From positions 16,678,001-16,742,000 of the forward strand of contig JBHGNT010000011.1 in the NCBI GenBank assembly GCA_043228905.1: 64,000 bases of DNA, read 5' to 3'. A program made the position numbers and the translations under genes. The notes under the pieces are model-generated. The model ran no database searches. It was not told where the DNA came from and worked only from the letters and a program-made list of their open reading frames with translations. Source of the stretch: Azolla caroliniana. Lineage: Eukaryota; Plantae; Polypodiophyta. Below, piece by piece: positions 26,297-39,685 of this stretch (position 1 is the stretch's first letter; every line of letters starts with the position of its first letter).

Positions 26297-27027
26297 CATT
26301 TATTGTTCTTTACCCTTGGGTCACGCAATCGAGTTTGTTGGTTAGTCCGTCTATCAATAGAGTGGAGAAAATTCGACTTCTCTCATTTGTCTAAGACTCC
26401 ATATGCCATAGTCCACTCCTTGGAGATGAAGGTTACTAGACATGTACCGATATGTAGGTTGAGAACCGTTTGTATGGTCTTATGACTACAAAGGCATGAC
26501 ATGATGCCCATTTACTTTTATCGAATGGTTGAGGAAGGCTTCAAACCTTATTTGTTGGATTAAGGCTCTATTGGGTCTACCAATAGGTGTGACTTTGTAA
26601 TCTATCTATCATGCCATATATATGTATGGGTCATGTTTGTATTGGACGGTTGAGAACCGAAATTATTTATTCTTGGATTTCTATGATGTCCAAGGAGATG
26701 GTATGGCTCTCTTGCCCATTTTATTTGAATGTTGACCTTGTAGGCAACTTTAACCTACCTCGAGTTATGTAGAAGGATCTAACTTCTTGAACCATAGCAT
26801 AGAAAGAGTGTGTTATGGCTTATTAGTCCTCAACCCTTCCCAACTCAAAAGGGTTATTTTTTGTAATCATTTCCTAACAACCTCTTTTTAATTCGAACAA
26901 GCGAGCCAAATTTGAGTTGAATAATAAAATAATGACTATCCAACATTCTAGATTGGATGTGGTCATCCAAACATTTGTATCGTTTGTACCTACATGCTAT
27001 GAAATATAATTAATCGGGCGTGACATA

Positions 27028-28200
27028 ATTTTTATTTTTATTTTTATTTTTAAAAATAAGGTTCACCTTGGTATTAATGGAAAGATGTCGAAAGGCTACA
27101 ACGAATTCATACAATATATTACAACCCTCATATCCACATGAACCATCATGTCAAGTATCAAAAGCCCTCATGTAGGGTTGTTCCAAGACGGGGGGTGGAA
27201 AAAGCCATCTTGGTGTAGCATATCTCCACTTTATTCTGAAATACACATTTACATCAGGCCTTCCACAATACCCAAACTACTAGAGAAGATATCATAGACC
27301 AAACCATATCCTCTTCCAAACAACGGACTGTTGTAGTATCAACGTGACATAAATTTTGTATTGTTACCCCTCCAACAAGAAAAAACGTAGACAAATGTAT
27401 GAATGTACATCTACTATCATATGTTGGCACATCTCTATACATTTATGATAGTTCCATGAGATGTTTCAACTTCCAAGTTACATCAAGAAAACCAAACTAG
27501 ATGTTATGGCCCCAACTAGGAGAGTTATCGAGTATGCATGGTTTGCCATAAATAAGTTCATGAGGTCTTGTTCCCAATGTCCTCATTGCTTTATCTCAAA
27601 TTCTAGAACCATCTTGTTCTTGAACATCACAACTTGTTGCACTCCTCAACTTTCTACCACATCTGAGTTTCATTTCCCAAACTTTTTCAATTGGGAAGCA
27701 CCCCAACACAGTTTTAGTTCTTAGCCCAAAGTGCATTCTCATTTGCAACATTAATTTGTAAAATTCTTGAACGTCTAGAGTCAATTGCTTGAAAATCTTG
27801 CACTTTGGATCCAAGACTCGTGTTTGACTTGAGAATAAAACCAATCTATATCCTCTCCTAAATGTAGGCACACGATTACCACAACCACCATAGAAATATG
27901 ATAACTTTAACATGTTCTAAATGCCAATGTCCAACTTGCAATTATAATGAGGTTATGGGAGTTTGGCTCTTCAAATTGTTTGTATGGATATATTGTGGAC
28001 ATGATTAGGCATAGTATTGATAACTAGTTGGCCCACATCTTAAATGTTGATCAAACTATTGAAGTTGATAATATCAAAGCCATAAATGGCTATCCTGTTC
28101 CCAAGTTCAAATGGTCTGTTGAAACACGTTTTTTTTATTAACCAAATTCAAATGGGAATGCACCTATACACTTTGTTTGCATTGAGAAACAACTCTTTTG
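27028..28200 (-). mobile_element. 5'-truncated degenerate LINE (post-RT/zf-RVT C-terminus) with an A-rich tail
   Basis: The T-rich tail is on the + strand at 27028-27051. The peptides ...WSMISSLVVWVLWKA and PIEKVWEMKL are typical of plant LINE ORF2 C-termini. Confidence 0.65.
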
Positions 28201-28434
28201 AGTACTCATATGTTTTGTGGGCCATAAACAATCATTGATATGTTAGATTTATAAAACTTTATTCAATTGTCTCTTCAACAAGTTAACTTGAACAATAAAT
28301 TTACATGATGCAACTACATACTTCATGTGTATGCAAGGGTAATGTACACTCGTGTGTATTGTCCGTTATTACTAAAATATGGATATTTGCAAATGCTTTT
28401 CAAACGACGAAATTCGTAATTGTGTATTGATCAA

Positions 28435-31400
28435 CTAGGTTCCTCTATTTGTGTAGAGCCAAAAAATGGCAGTAAATGGAGACCGCCAAACTTGGTGGTT
28501 GGTTGCATTAACATGGGTAGGATTTAGACCGGCTCTAGTAGAGATCATGTGGATAAAAGAGAAGGGCCCCAATATACTTGCCCTGCATTGCACATATTAA
28601 ATCGATATGTGTGAGTATACTTGGATAAAAGATGGCTATTGTTGTTCAATATACATATTGGTTCCTAAAGCACGTGGACACATTTTAAGTAAAACACATA
28701 TGAACACGCACGTTTCGTGATGTTATGGACATAGTTGACAATGATGTTAATAGGTTTCCTACACTCTTCTACATGTGAACTTTATATTTTGGTTCTAATG
28801 GCACTCATTAGATATGTTGGGAGTGTAACCCTCACTTATTCTTATTACTTTTTAGACAATTCACACATGATTTTCAGTTTTCTAACATGAGTTTGTAGCA
28901 ATAAGCTAGTATACTTATTGATCTTCCCTTCATGTTTAGGACACATGATCGTGTCAACTTACAATTTTAACAAAAAACTTTGCATGCATTCATGATGAGA
29001 GAACCTAAAGATCAAGCCATTTTGTGTGAATGATAATATTTCTATTTTAAAATTGAGATGTAGGGTGATCATAAACTTACATGTTCCCGGTGTTGTTGGT
29101 AACACGAAAAAGTGACCAAGGGAGGGATGATGACGACACAATAATTGGTGCCACTTGTTGTATTCCACACACATGCAACCCATTAGGTTCATCAACGTCA
29201 ATGCAAGCAGTAGCATTTCCTTTCTCTTCTCGTTTTCTTGTGTTGTTTGTTTTTGGAATCGTAAGATTGTAGTTAAAACCACCGATACGCACACCACCTG
29301 GGACATCGTACAATCTTGCAACTATTCTATGTTCTATCCAAGTATGACCATTGAAGCCATACTTGACAATGCCTTGTCCGAAGAAAGCTTCCACAGGGCG
29401 GTCCGAGATTGATAGAGACTTAGGTACTTGTGGGGGTAATACATCTTGAGTCCAAAACACATAAACGGCACTAAAACTACGTATTAATGACGTGTTCTCG
29501 ACCCCACAATGTGAGGAGGGGACCAGAGAGAGCAATGTGCCATTAAATTGGGCTATATATGAAATCTTTGATGCTGCCCCGACATATTTATGCCAACTAG
29601 CTTGAGCTAGAAAATCACCCATGTCATTCTCACCAACCGCGACCAACTTCTTACCTAATCCGAATTTAAAACAAAGAAACAAAAAATATATTAAAACTTA
29701 ATGGGACATCAAAACACCCCACAATATATGCACTTCTAGACTTAATTTTGTAAGGTGATACAAATAACACCAAGAAAGCTTGGGTTGTAATAGGTGAAGG
29801 CGTTATTTTTCACAGTGGTGTGCACTATATGCATGTGAACCCAATGAAGGTACAAACGATTAGGTGACAGGCAATCGGAAATGCAAGCTGAAAAAAACCC
29901 TGCAAGAATGTGTGCTCAATGTGCATGAAGACACACGATGAAGCACAAGGAGTGTATACATTAGGGATCGTGATCTCACCTGCGACGATGCTCGACACAC
30001 GTCCCGACTCGGACCGATCCGCGTCGCTATTGGCAAGGGTCCACGTGCCCGCATTGATCCGGCCTCGATTGCGCACGTAGTAATTGACATAAGTGCCTAG
30101 GACGATGCTCTCATTCTTGGGGTCCCGAAGCGTCGCACTCCTGTAGGAGGGCTCCCATCCTCCTTTCGCATTGCATCGATAGACTTGGTGTCCATCTCTT
30201 ACTGTGGAATTGATGGCAATACTACATTCACACGTATATGTAACATTAAATCCCTCCGACATTTCACACCCTCCATTCCTTATTCATGATAACTTACCTA
30301 AAACATACATACATACATAAATACATATTGCATACATACATACATAAATACATAAATACATATTGCATACATACATACATTACATACATACATTACATAC
30401 ATACATTCATACATACATTACATACATTCATACATACATACATTACATACATACATGCATGCATACATTACATACATGCATGCATGCATACAACATAGAT
30501 ACATACCGTACATACATACATACATACATATACACACACAATTAGGCTGCCCATTATAGTTGTTATATGGAGTAACAATTCGGATATTTATCATATCGTA
30601 ACAGCTCGCTACATTTATCAGGCATATCGAGAAAGCATATATAAGTATATTAGATCGTGAGTAAATAACCAACCATTACAGGGAATTTAGAAAGAAAGAA
30701 GGGTATTTGGATGCTTATATGCATATATGTATTATATATCATTTTAGACACCACATCAATTGAATTGCCTCACATCTAAGATGCCTTTTACAATGGCCTC
30801 CATTAGAATTCAACAATTTAAGACATTAATTAGCGATGTGTAATCGTAAGCTTAAAATTAAAGCATAGCATTTTGAGCTTGGAGCTTGTCAATGGGAGGT
30901 TATGGCAAAAATCATCGAAGAAAGAGCTGATCAAAACCTATGGGGCATTTTTTTTAAATCATCCCCATTGGATATGCAAACAAGTCATGGAGCTCAATTC
31001 TTAAGATTCAGAATCTCTTGCTATTTGGAATGCCAACTTGCAATCGCGGTATAAAATTCAAATGTGTGTGTCTGTATAAACTTTGATCGGAACACTTAAA
31101 AAGGGGAAGCAAAGCATTGCCAATCGACGCAATATTTATGCATAAGAGGAAGTCGGATTCGGAATATGAAAGAATCGGAATGATAAAAAAAGAAAGAAAG
31201 AAGGAGGAATCGGAGGAGAAAGGTCCAATGAATGAGCTTTAATTAATCAGGAATTAGAGGATTGAGCTATACATATATACCTGTTTCCTGGCGGAGGCGA
31301 GAATCGTAAAGCCAAGGCTTGCTGTTGTTGATGGGCGATCAGATGAAGGAGGAGCAGGAGGAGCAGGAAATTATGAGAGAAGGGATTAACGAAAAAGACA

Positions 31401-31441
31401 TTGATAGGACGACAAGTGGAGGACATTGTAACAGACACCAT
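28435..31441 (-). CDS. Secreted protein with two tandem DUF3455-like domains, 4 exons, ~393 aa
   Basis: Exons 31441-31281 (hydrophobic signal FLLLLLLLHLIAH...ALA), 30278-29980 (GHQVYRCN..GGWEP..ATLRDP..LGTY..TWTL..SSIVAG), 29654-29081 (ISYIAQFNG..FSAVYVFW; second repeat GQGIVKYGFNGHTW..ARLYDVPGG..LPWSLFRVT) and 28582-28435 (LGPFSFIHMISTRAGLNP..SPFTAIFWLY*). Total 1182 nt, in frame. The motif order matches DUF3455 (GxQxYxC..W..A.L..GS.V.G..PW.L..YI.R..T.GG.P..Y.A.Y.F). Confidence 0.75.
30301..30540. repeat. (CATA)n-type microsatellite in intron 1 of the DUF3455 gene
   Basis: Visible directly in the sequence. Confidence 0.9.
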
Positions 31442-31717
31442 TGAGCTTTTCTTTTCTGTTTTTCTTTTTCTTTTTCTTTTCAGTTTTTCTTTTGGGGGTG
31501 GGAGGATAACGTTAAAGAAGGGATGTCTGAATCGCCCACAAGAGGGAGAGAGCAGAGCAGAGGCGTGCACACAATCAGTCAATCAATCAATCAATCAACC
31601 CATTAAGCAGAGACAGACAGTCATCAATTATTATCATATGACAAAACAATTCAATGCAAAATTCAATATGGAATACCAACATCAAGATCAATATATGCAC
31701 ATATATAAGTTACTGTA

Positions 31718-32329
31718 AGTGTGTGTGTGTGTGTCTGAATTGGTGACCCCTTTATGTTGAGCTAGGAAGATTTTAAAAACACAAAAGGATAAATCAATGA
31801 ACTGGTTTCTGTATTAAATGTTACAAATACTTGATGATGATGGATGGATGGATGGATGAATAAATGAAAATGGTGGTGGTGATGAATCTGAAGAAGAAGA
31901 AGAAGATGATGATGATGATGATGATGAGATTAAGTGCTATTTAGAATGATTATATGAAGGGGGCTAAACATAAGTTGAGTGTTTTGTGTTACATAGTGGT
32001 GGTGGTGGCTATGGCAGTTTCTCTATTTATAATAAAAAGGAGGGTGGAGGAGGAGGAGGTCCTTTTCACATCCCCTAAAGTTTGGACCCCCCCCCCCCCC
32101 CCCCCTACCTCTTCTTCTTCTTCTTCTTCTTATGATTATGATTATAATTCATGTTGAGCTTATCCCCCCCCCCCCCCCCCCAAAAGAAAACAAACTCAAT
32201 TATGACCAAAGAAATGACCTTCAATTCACTTTTAGAGCTTCCCAATCTCCTCAATTTAAAGAATTGAACCACCATTACTAGTAACTACTACTACACACAC
32301 ATGCATGTATGTATAATGTATGTATGTAT

Positions 32330-32376
<47 letters not shown>

Positions 32377-32615
32377 CGGGCTAGGTTTGTTTGGAATTCC
32401 CATCTTTGAAAGTAGAGAGACAAGAGAGCATGTGTGTCCACATGTAGGTTTGTTAAGGATTTCCATCTTTTCAAGCTAGAGGGAGAGAGTAGGAATCAAA
32501 TCAAATCAAAATAGGTTGGGGGCCACTCCAACCCTATTAGCTTTCGCTTGGGGATCAATAATATGCCCTACACATCCCTAGCTTAGGGACCCTAGGGTAG
32601 GTAAAGGCTCTCCAC

Positions 32616-32651
<36 letters not shown>

Positions 32652-32868
32652 CGGCTTATTGTGCTCTCGTAAGGTGGTTTTGAATTTTCTTGGGTTGGTC
32701 GAACAACCGGATATTGCATTCTTGAAGGGTGCGGCACATTGGTGCCTTTCCGAATGCTTCCTTTGTATGTTACGATAGTATAATGATACAACACTTTTAC
32801 AAAAGAGGTCACCTCATATCACATCATAACTCACTACTTCACCATATCTTCCAATTTCTATCAAATAC

Positions 32869-32922
<54 letters not shown>
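31718..32922. repeat. Cluster of simple repeats: (TG)n, (GAT)n, (GAA)n, poly-C and several (AG)n tracts
   Basis: Visible directly in the sequence. Confidence 0.85.
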
Positions 32923-32925
<3 letters not shown>

Positions 32926-35900
32926 TGTATATCATTTCTTGGCATAGAAAAAGAACTCCCTTGCATCCTAATCATATAACAGAAATACTTGTATGACTTG
33001 TCAACATAGTAAGAAGACCCTCTAGTATCTACATGCTACACACACACTTCTCTTAAAGCATGTACATAGTGGAGACTTGGCATGTACATAAGGATAGGAG
33101 CCTGGAGGACTACACTCTATATACTATGTATGGAATATGCATTGTGGTAAATGTTTATAAATGGGTAGGTTGTATGAAGCTCTCTGGGTTGATTGTATAA
33201 CCATATGAGGTAGATTACTAGGGGTCGTTGTTTTGAATTTGTTAAGAGTTTCCATCATGTGAAGATAGAGACACCTAATATATGCCACTGCTCGAAATAG
33301 TGCAATATTGCCTCCATATCCTCTTATATATACAAAAAAAACATTGAATGGTCGAGATAGGCAATGTGTTGATTTTCTCTAAGCATGCTTGTTAATTAAT
33401 TAATACTTGTTGATAAAATCCGAGTTGGCATGATATCCTCCTAGATTGCAATTGACGAGGTTTCTTCGTTTATACAATTTCCTCCTGATTCATTGGCACC
33501 TTTATTATTGTTGGAAACATAACAAGCTCATTCTTCTAGAAAACATATGGATTTTTTGTATTTCGCCCTTCATTCCAGGAAACACAAGGACTTCTAGCTA
33601 CATTTGAACCTTTTAAAATGACCTTACGCTTGAACTTTGTCCCTTAGATTTTGAATATATATCTTAGAACTATGTGTCTTGTTTGGTATCTCAAATGCTC
33701 TTGCATGTGAAACTTGACAAACTTGGACACATTCGCACAAATAAACTATTAGGTCAATTGCATTCCTAAAAGAAGCTACTTAAAGAGGTTCAGAATGTCC
33801 TCGGTTTCTTTCCACAATGGACTCTAAACCCAAATCCCACATTATGGCATGGTACAAAAAGAATCAAATACCCACTTGGTGATGCCTCTCTATTGTTTAG
33901 AAGAACATCAAAATGACTTAGGTTAACATACTTATTGTATATATAAATTGCATGTGGCTATTTATACATATAGCAAACTGTTTGCTACATTAGATTGAGT
34001 CTACAACCTAAGCTTGTATATTAGTTTTCTCCCAAAAGGCAAAAGATGACATTTATTCGTGTTTCGAATATTGACATACAAAAATTCTATAGTTTGAAAA
34101 TACGTTCAGAAGCATGTTCTTAAGTAGACTATCGATCGAGAAAGCCTACTCATAATTGTTAAAGATGTAATTTGACAAGTATAGCTTAACCAAAAATAGC
34201 CACATCAATATGGGAACTATTTTGAACTCATCTTTAGTTGTGCCACTTAAAAACAATTCAAAAGATTGTAGGATATTATAAAGATCGTTGAAAAAGTACA
34301 TGAGATTCGTCTTGCAAACCATGGCCTTATAAGCGTGCCATTCTCTTATCAAAATATATTTCTTGCTTTATTGGTTAATATCTACTAAATGGTTCATTTA
34401 CACTAACGTGCTAACCCCAAGGACTCCCTAGAGGCCTAAGAGAGACAAACCATGGACATATGGTGATCTTATAGTATAGCACAAATCCAAATGTGCATCT
34501 ATATGTAAAAGATTAACTCCTTGTTCGTACATATGTATATATTTATAGATACACAATTGTATTGGGCAACTTTCCAAACATTATCTTTGGAAGGGCATAT
34601 ATTTTATCTATATTTGTACTAGAATTACATTACCAAGGAATGAAGAGATGAATGATGAAACTTACCTCTTCAGTCATGCTTGGGGAAAGTAGTAATATAT
34701 CATCATGCACTTCAATCCATCCATTCTATTTTTTCATATTCTTCATGATGATGAAGCTTCATTGACTATTGGATACCTCAAGAAAACGATGAAGGATACA
34801 ATGGTGAGTGGCGAAAATCATTCTAACCCTATTATATATTGCCTTATTATTCTAAAACGTGGTTAACTTGAAATGAATCATAGGCACTCTTAAAGAAAAA
34901 TAACAATGATTCTCAAATGTTGATATGCATAAACTTTTATTTATTGGTATCCGTATCACCAACATTGCCATGCCCTTAAGCTAAGCCCATAAACAATACT
35001 CGAATGTCCAAATATTCTTATGAAACCCAAAATATAAGATTGCCCCTATCATCTTGGATATTTTGGATATCAGCTTATTCTAAGAAATTGCCATAGTACA
35101 TATCCTTTTGTAGTTTAATGGTATTATTGTCGTCACTATAAAAAAAATTGAGAGCATTGTGGTAAGTATTCGGAGAGTTAAAGCAACATGTTGCACTTTT
35201 ACTTATTGCAAAGGAACATAAGCTATGGGATTGCAAAAATGATGTACTAAGTTTCAGACACATGTAAATGATGTACTAAGGTTGTATGGGGATTGTTGGT
35301 GTTGACAAAGTGGATGCTTTATCTTTACTAGTAATGGATGGTCATAAGCAATTAAATTCAAGACTAATGGTAGTGATATCATTCTTAGGACGTTAGAAAA
35401 GTAGAACTAACAGTTGAGTAGTATGACGAAGGTAATAATAGTAGAAGACATTGTCTACAAGTTGAAGATTGTAAGCAGTCATGTATTTGCACCTTGTATT
35501 CTATGCAGTGCTCACTAAATTTGCTCTTCAAGTTTATGAACACTCTCATGGTAAGAACACAAACTATCGAAATATGTAACTCTTGAAATCATTTTGAGCT
35601 TTTTGTATTTCAAGAAATGTTTGAAACCTAGTGACAATGAAGGGGAATGACGTGTTTCAAACTATTAGTAATAATAAGCATACGTGTGTTTCATTTATCT
35701 TTGAATCTGATGGATACATAAACATATGTACGATGAAATTTGAGCTAAGTTTCATATTTTCGTATACAAGGAAATATAAAGGAAATGTCTTTAACATATA
35801 CCTTGAGGTTAAGCTTTAAGTTCCATATTTTATATATGGCCACAAAATAAAGCATATTGCCTTGTAAAAGGAAACACTATTGTTTACACTCCTTAGTGTA

Positions 35901-36851
35901 ATAACATGCACCGTCTCAATCTAAAATAACACTATTGTTGGCCCTTTCCATTTCCTCGCCTCCTTTGGAAGCACTAGTGAACTCTTAGAATCCCGCTTTC
36001 CTTCCCAATAAAACCATGCTCAGTTAGATTATTGTGAACTAATGTTTCATTTTTTTGTTGTTGGAAAGGCAATCAATTTCTTTCATTGTTCTCAGAGTAA
36101 GAATGGATTGCTATCCACACCTTATTCTTAGATACAATAATGCACTTAAAGCACTAATGACAATGCTCAATTCTCCACTAGCCCATTGAAGAAGGATTTC
36201 ACAATCATTTATGTACTTAACTTCAAACCAAGTAATGATTATTTTGAGTATTCGTCGGCCTCATAACAAGTTTCTTCAAAGCTTTATAAGAAACTATGTG
36301 ATGAATTTCCTTAAATAACTTTACATTTACCATAAAACCTTTGTCTGAATGTGTGAATTAGACTATGAGAATGCAAAATCCGCTACATGAACAACAACTA
36401 TTTCCTCGTTACATAGTTGCATTCATTCCACACTCAAAGAAATTGAAATTGCAAATCAAATCATGTGCAAATTGCATGCATATTATGTTCATCTTTGATC
36501 TATGATCCTAGTATTCATGTAGATTTCTTGGTCTTCATGTTGGAAGCAAAAGGGCTTGCCCATCAACGCCACATAACTAGGCTCGCTCCGAGGTGACAAG
36601 GGAAAACAAGCGATTGGTCTATGAGAACAAAGAAAAGTTGGCTCAATAGCTAAGAAGCACACTTGGTTCACACTAACTTTCAAGGAATTCTACATGAAGG
36701 GATGCATGAATGTACATTAGGAAAGCAATACACTCCCCTACATATCAAGCCATCTTCCAACGTATATGTCAATGAACTGAGCATGCAACTCCACTATATT
36801 GTGCATTAAGGCAATGCTGCTAGAATGTTATTTAACGTGTAATATGTAGTT

Positions 36852-37279
36852 TGCGGGTGTGTGATTTTTTATTTTATTTTATTTTTCCCCCCAAAAAAAC
36901 TCCTTCCATTAGTTATAAAATTTTACATATGAGATTAATGTATACAAATCCTTGTAGGGATGCGATAGGTCCATCTTATGTGGATGCCCACCGACTCAAT
37001 AAAGGGGGAGGTCGACCATTGTTGGATGAAGGCTAGTCGTTGTCTTTCAACTCCATCGGAGTCGCCCTTCAGGCCATCATATTGGTTTTTTAGAGTGGCT
37101 ACAACGTCACTCCATATCTCTTGCATTAACACTATTGGTTGCGCGGGTTGGTTGGAGAAGACCCATCTACACCGTTGTTCCCATAGAGTCCAAAGAGTTA
37201 TTGGGCTGACCATTGGACCAATTCCAACACAACTTGAGATTTGGCATTGTTGATAGGAGTTGTGCGGGTGTGTGATTTT
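36852..37279 (-). mobile_element. 5'-truncated LINE insertion with target-site duplication
   Basis: The direct repeat TGCGGGTGTGTGATTTT occurs at 36852-36868 and 37263-37279. A (TTTTA)n tail adjoins the left copy. The minus ORF ITLWTLWEQRCRWVFSNQ...IWSDVVATL is a typical LINE ORF2 C-terminus. Confidence 0.85.
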
Positions 37280-39685
37280 GCTTTATAAAAGCAAAAGTAG
37301 GCAATAATATAGACACTCGTTTTTATTGTGAATTAAGTCATTACCTACTAATACACAATGTGAAAACATTGCCTTTATATACTATTTTGAGAGTTTAGAA
37401 GTCCAAAAAAATGATTGTGCATAAGACCACAACATGACCACAATGAACATTCTAAACTTCAAATATTTAAAGCCCATGGTATAATGGTAAATGTACACTT
37501 TTCCACATTAAATTTATGGGTTTAAGTCTCGAGTATAATGAGTACAACATTTTGTTCATTTTGTTACGTGCACACTCATTTCTAAGTAGTTGGCTTTAGA
37601 ACAATGACATTCTTTACACAACACAAGCAGCTAAAAAGGCATGCTAAAAGAAAAACGTTTATTGACTATGCATATAAATTAATAGTACATATGTGGCACA
37701 CTAAGAAACAAACTTAAGGACAAGTGGAAAATATAACATAGGAACATGTTGCCTTGCTTGCTTGACTTTTGGAAAGTTATAAAGTGAGAGAGAAATAAGG
37801 GTGGTATGTTGGTAATGAGAAACGCTTAAGAAATGTTGCACTAAAATAGTTTTGCATACCACTACCTCTTGAAATAAGAGATCAGAACCTAGGAAAGACA
37901 ATGATCTCCAATCATTCACATACCACTTTGCCCTAGAAACAAGGACCTAACTATGAGTATTGTGATGTTGTTACGTTACCAGCATAACTTTTATGAACTC
38001 AAATTAACAAACTTTTCTTAACCTAAATTTGACAACATACACATAGTTCCACGGTAATAAGGATGTCTACATATTATAGGCATATTATAGGCAGGAGTCT
38101 TCAAAGAGGCTATATAATCCAACAAATATTTGTTTATCAATAAATTGGAATAGAGTAAAACGACAAGCCCAAACAATTGTAGGTCAATTAGAAATGGTTG
38201 TCTAAGAAAGACTAGAAAGTCATGAATTCAAGCTTTCAAAAGAACGATAACATATTCCATAAATTGGAAAAGTATCAAAAGCTCAACTAAAACCAAATCA
38301 CACCTATCTTGTGATACAATATACTTAAAAAGAGTGGTACCGACAATACTATTATTTTTTAATAGTGTGCTTATTTGTAAGGGTATCAATAGATTTCATT
38401 AACTCTTTACTTCAACAAAGGCATCATGCAAGGCTCATCCATCAATCGATTGCATAATAGGAGGAGAAACGACCAAAAGAGACAATGAGAAAAAATTCAT
38501 CTTTATTTCTACAATGCCATCATGTGAGTTTCAAATGTCAATGAATGCATAATTATGAGGAAAACACAAATGAGATTAAGAAAAGTCTATATTGAAGTTG
38601 AAACAATGTTAACAAAGCCATCGTGCAAGATTTAAACATCAATCAATGCATAACTATAAAACAAGCCCAAAAGCGACAACAAACATGTCTTCAATATCAA
38701 ATCTATCCAATGTGATCCCCCCTTTTGTATCTCAAGCCTCATAGAAGACTATGTGAACACCATATTAAAATGATCATGTCGTTAAGATAGGGAATGAAGG
38801 AAGCACAAATAAATAAATAAATATATGGTCAAGATTTAGGTTCATATGTGAGTTGACACACACTCATAAAGACGAGTTTTTATCAAACAACCCTAGAATG
38901 GCAATGACAAGCATGCAAATGTTTTTTCTCAATGGCATTCAATAAACTGGCTGTAGGTATGAGAATGAATGAAACATAGATTGGGAACCATGTACACAAT
39001 ATCATGAGAGGATACCAATAACACAACTAGACACTTACATGGGTCAAATAGTATATTGAGGGCATACAAAAAATTTAAGGTCTCATACGTTCATTACATG
39101 TGCTTTACTAATTTTGTGGATGACTAGAATGATTTAATTCACTAACAAAGTCTCTCCTTATTCATTGTTATTGTTTATAATTCACAAAGTTAAAAGGAAA
39201 CTGCTGTTTTAGTCCATATGACCATATTAATTTCAGTGTTTTCATAACATCCTTTCATATAGGTACTCAGTAGGACAAATGTAGCAATTTTTATGTATAA
39301 TTAGCCAATGTTCACTTTTAATGTTGAGCCATATTATATTGCACATATAAAAAGTCGGTAGCCATTGATTGACGTGTAATACATTAACATGTATAAAATG
39401 TTAACAAACTCTTGTTTTGTTGGGGTTGTAGATAAAAAGTAGTTTCCATTTTAGTATTTTATTCAAGGCAATCCACTAAACATTCTCTATTTAATGAGGT
39501 AATAGTTTATGATTGTACAATGATATCCGTGAAGATACAATTAACAGGTAACCATGCATGTAATATAGCACACAGTAAATCTTCAAAGGTTTTCCTCATG
39601 TGAAAACATTATATTGGTTTATCACACTCAAGATTAGTAGCTTTTGACACATACCCACTTGTTCCAATGCATTCACTATATTATA

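Noticed and set aside
25908-26485. HT/VC-repeat ORFs (also 30286-30672, 48769-49271, 56626-56974)
   Set aside because: They are translations of dinucleotide and tetranucleotide microsatellites.
37471-37535. Second tRNA/SINE-like motif (TGGTATAATGGTAA...GGGTTTAAGTCTC)
   Set aside because: It is too degenerate and no stems can be supported.
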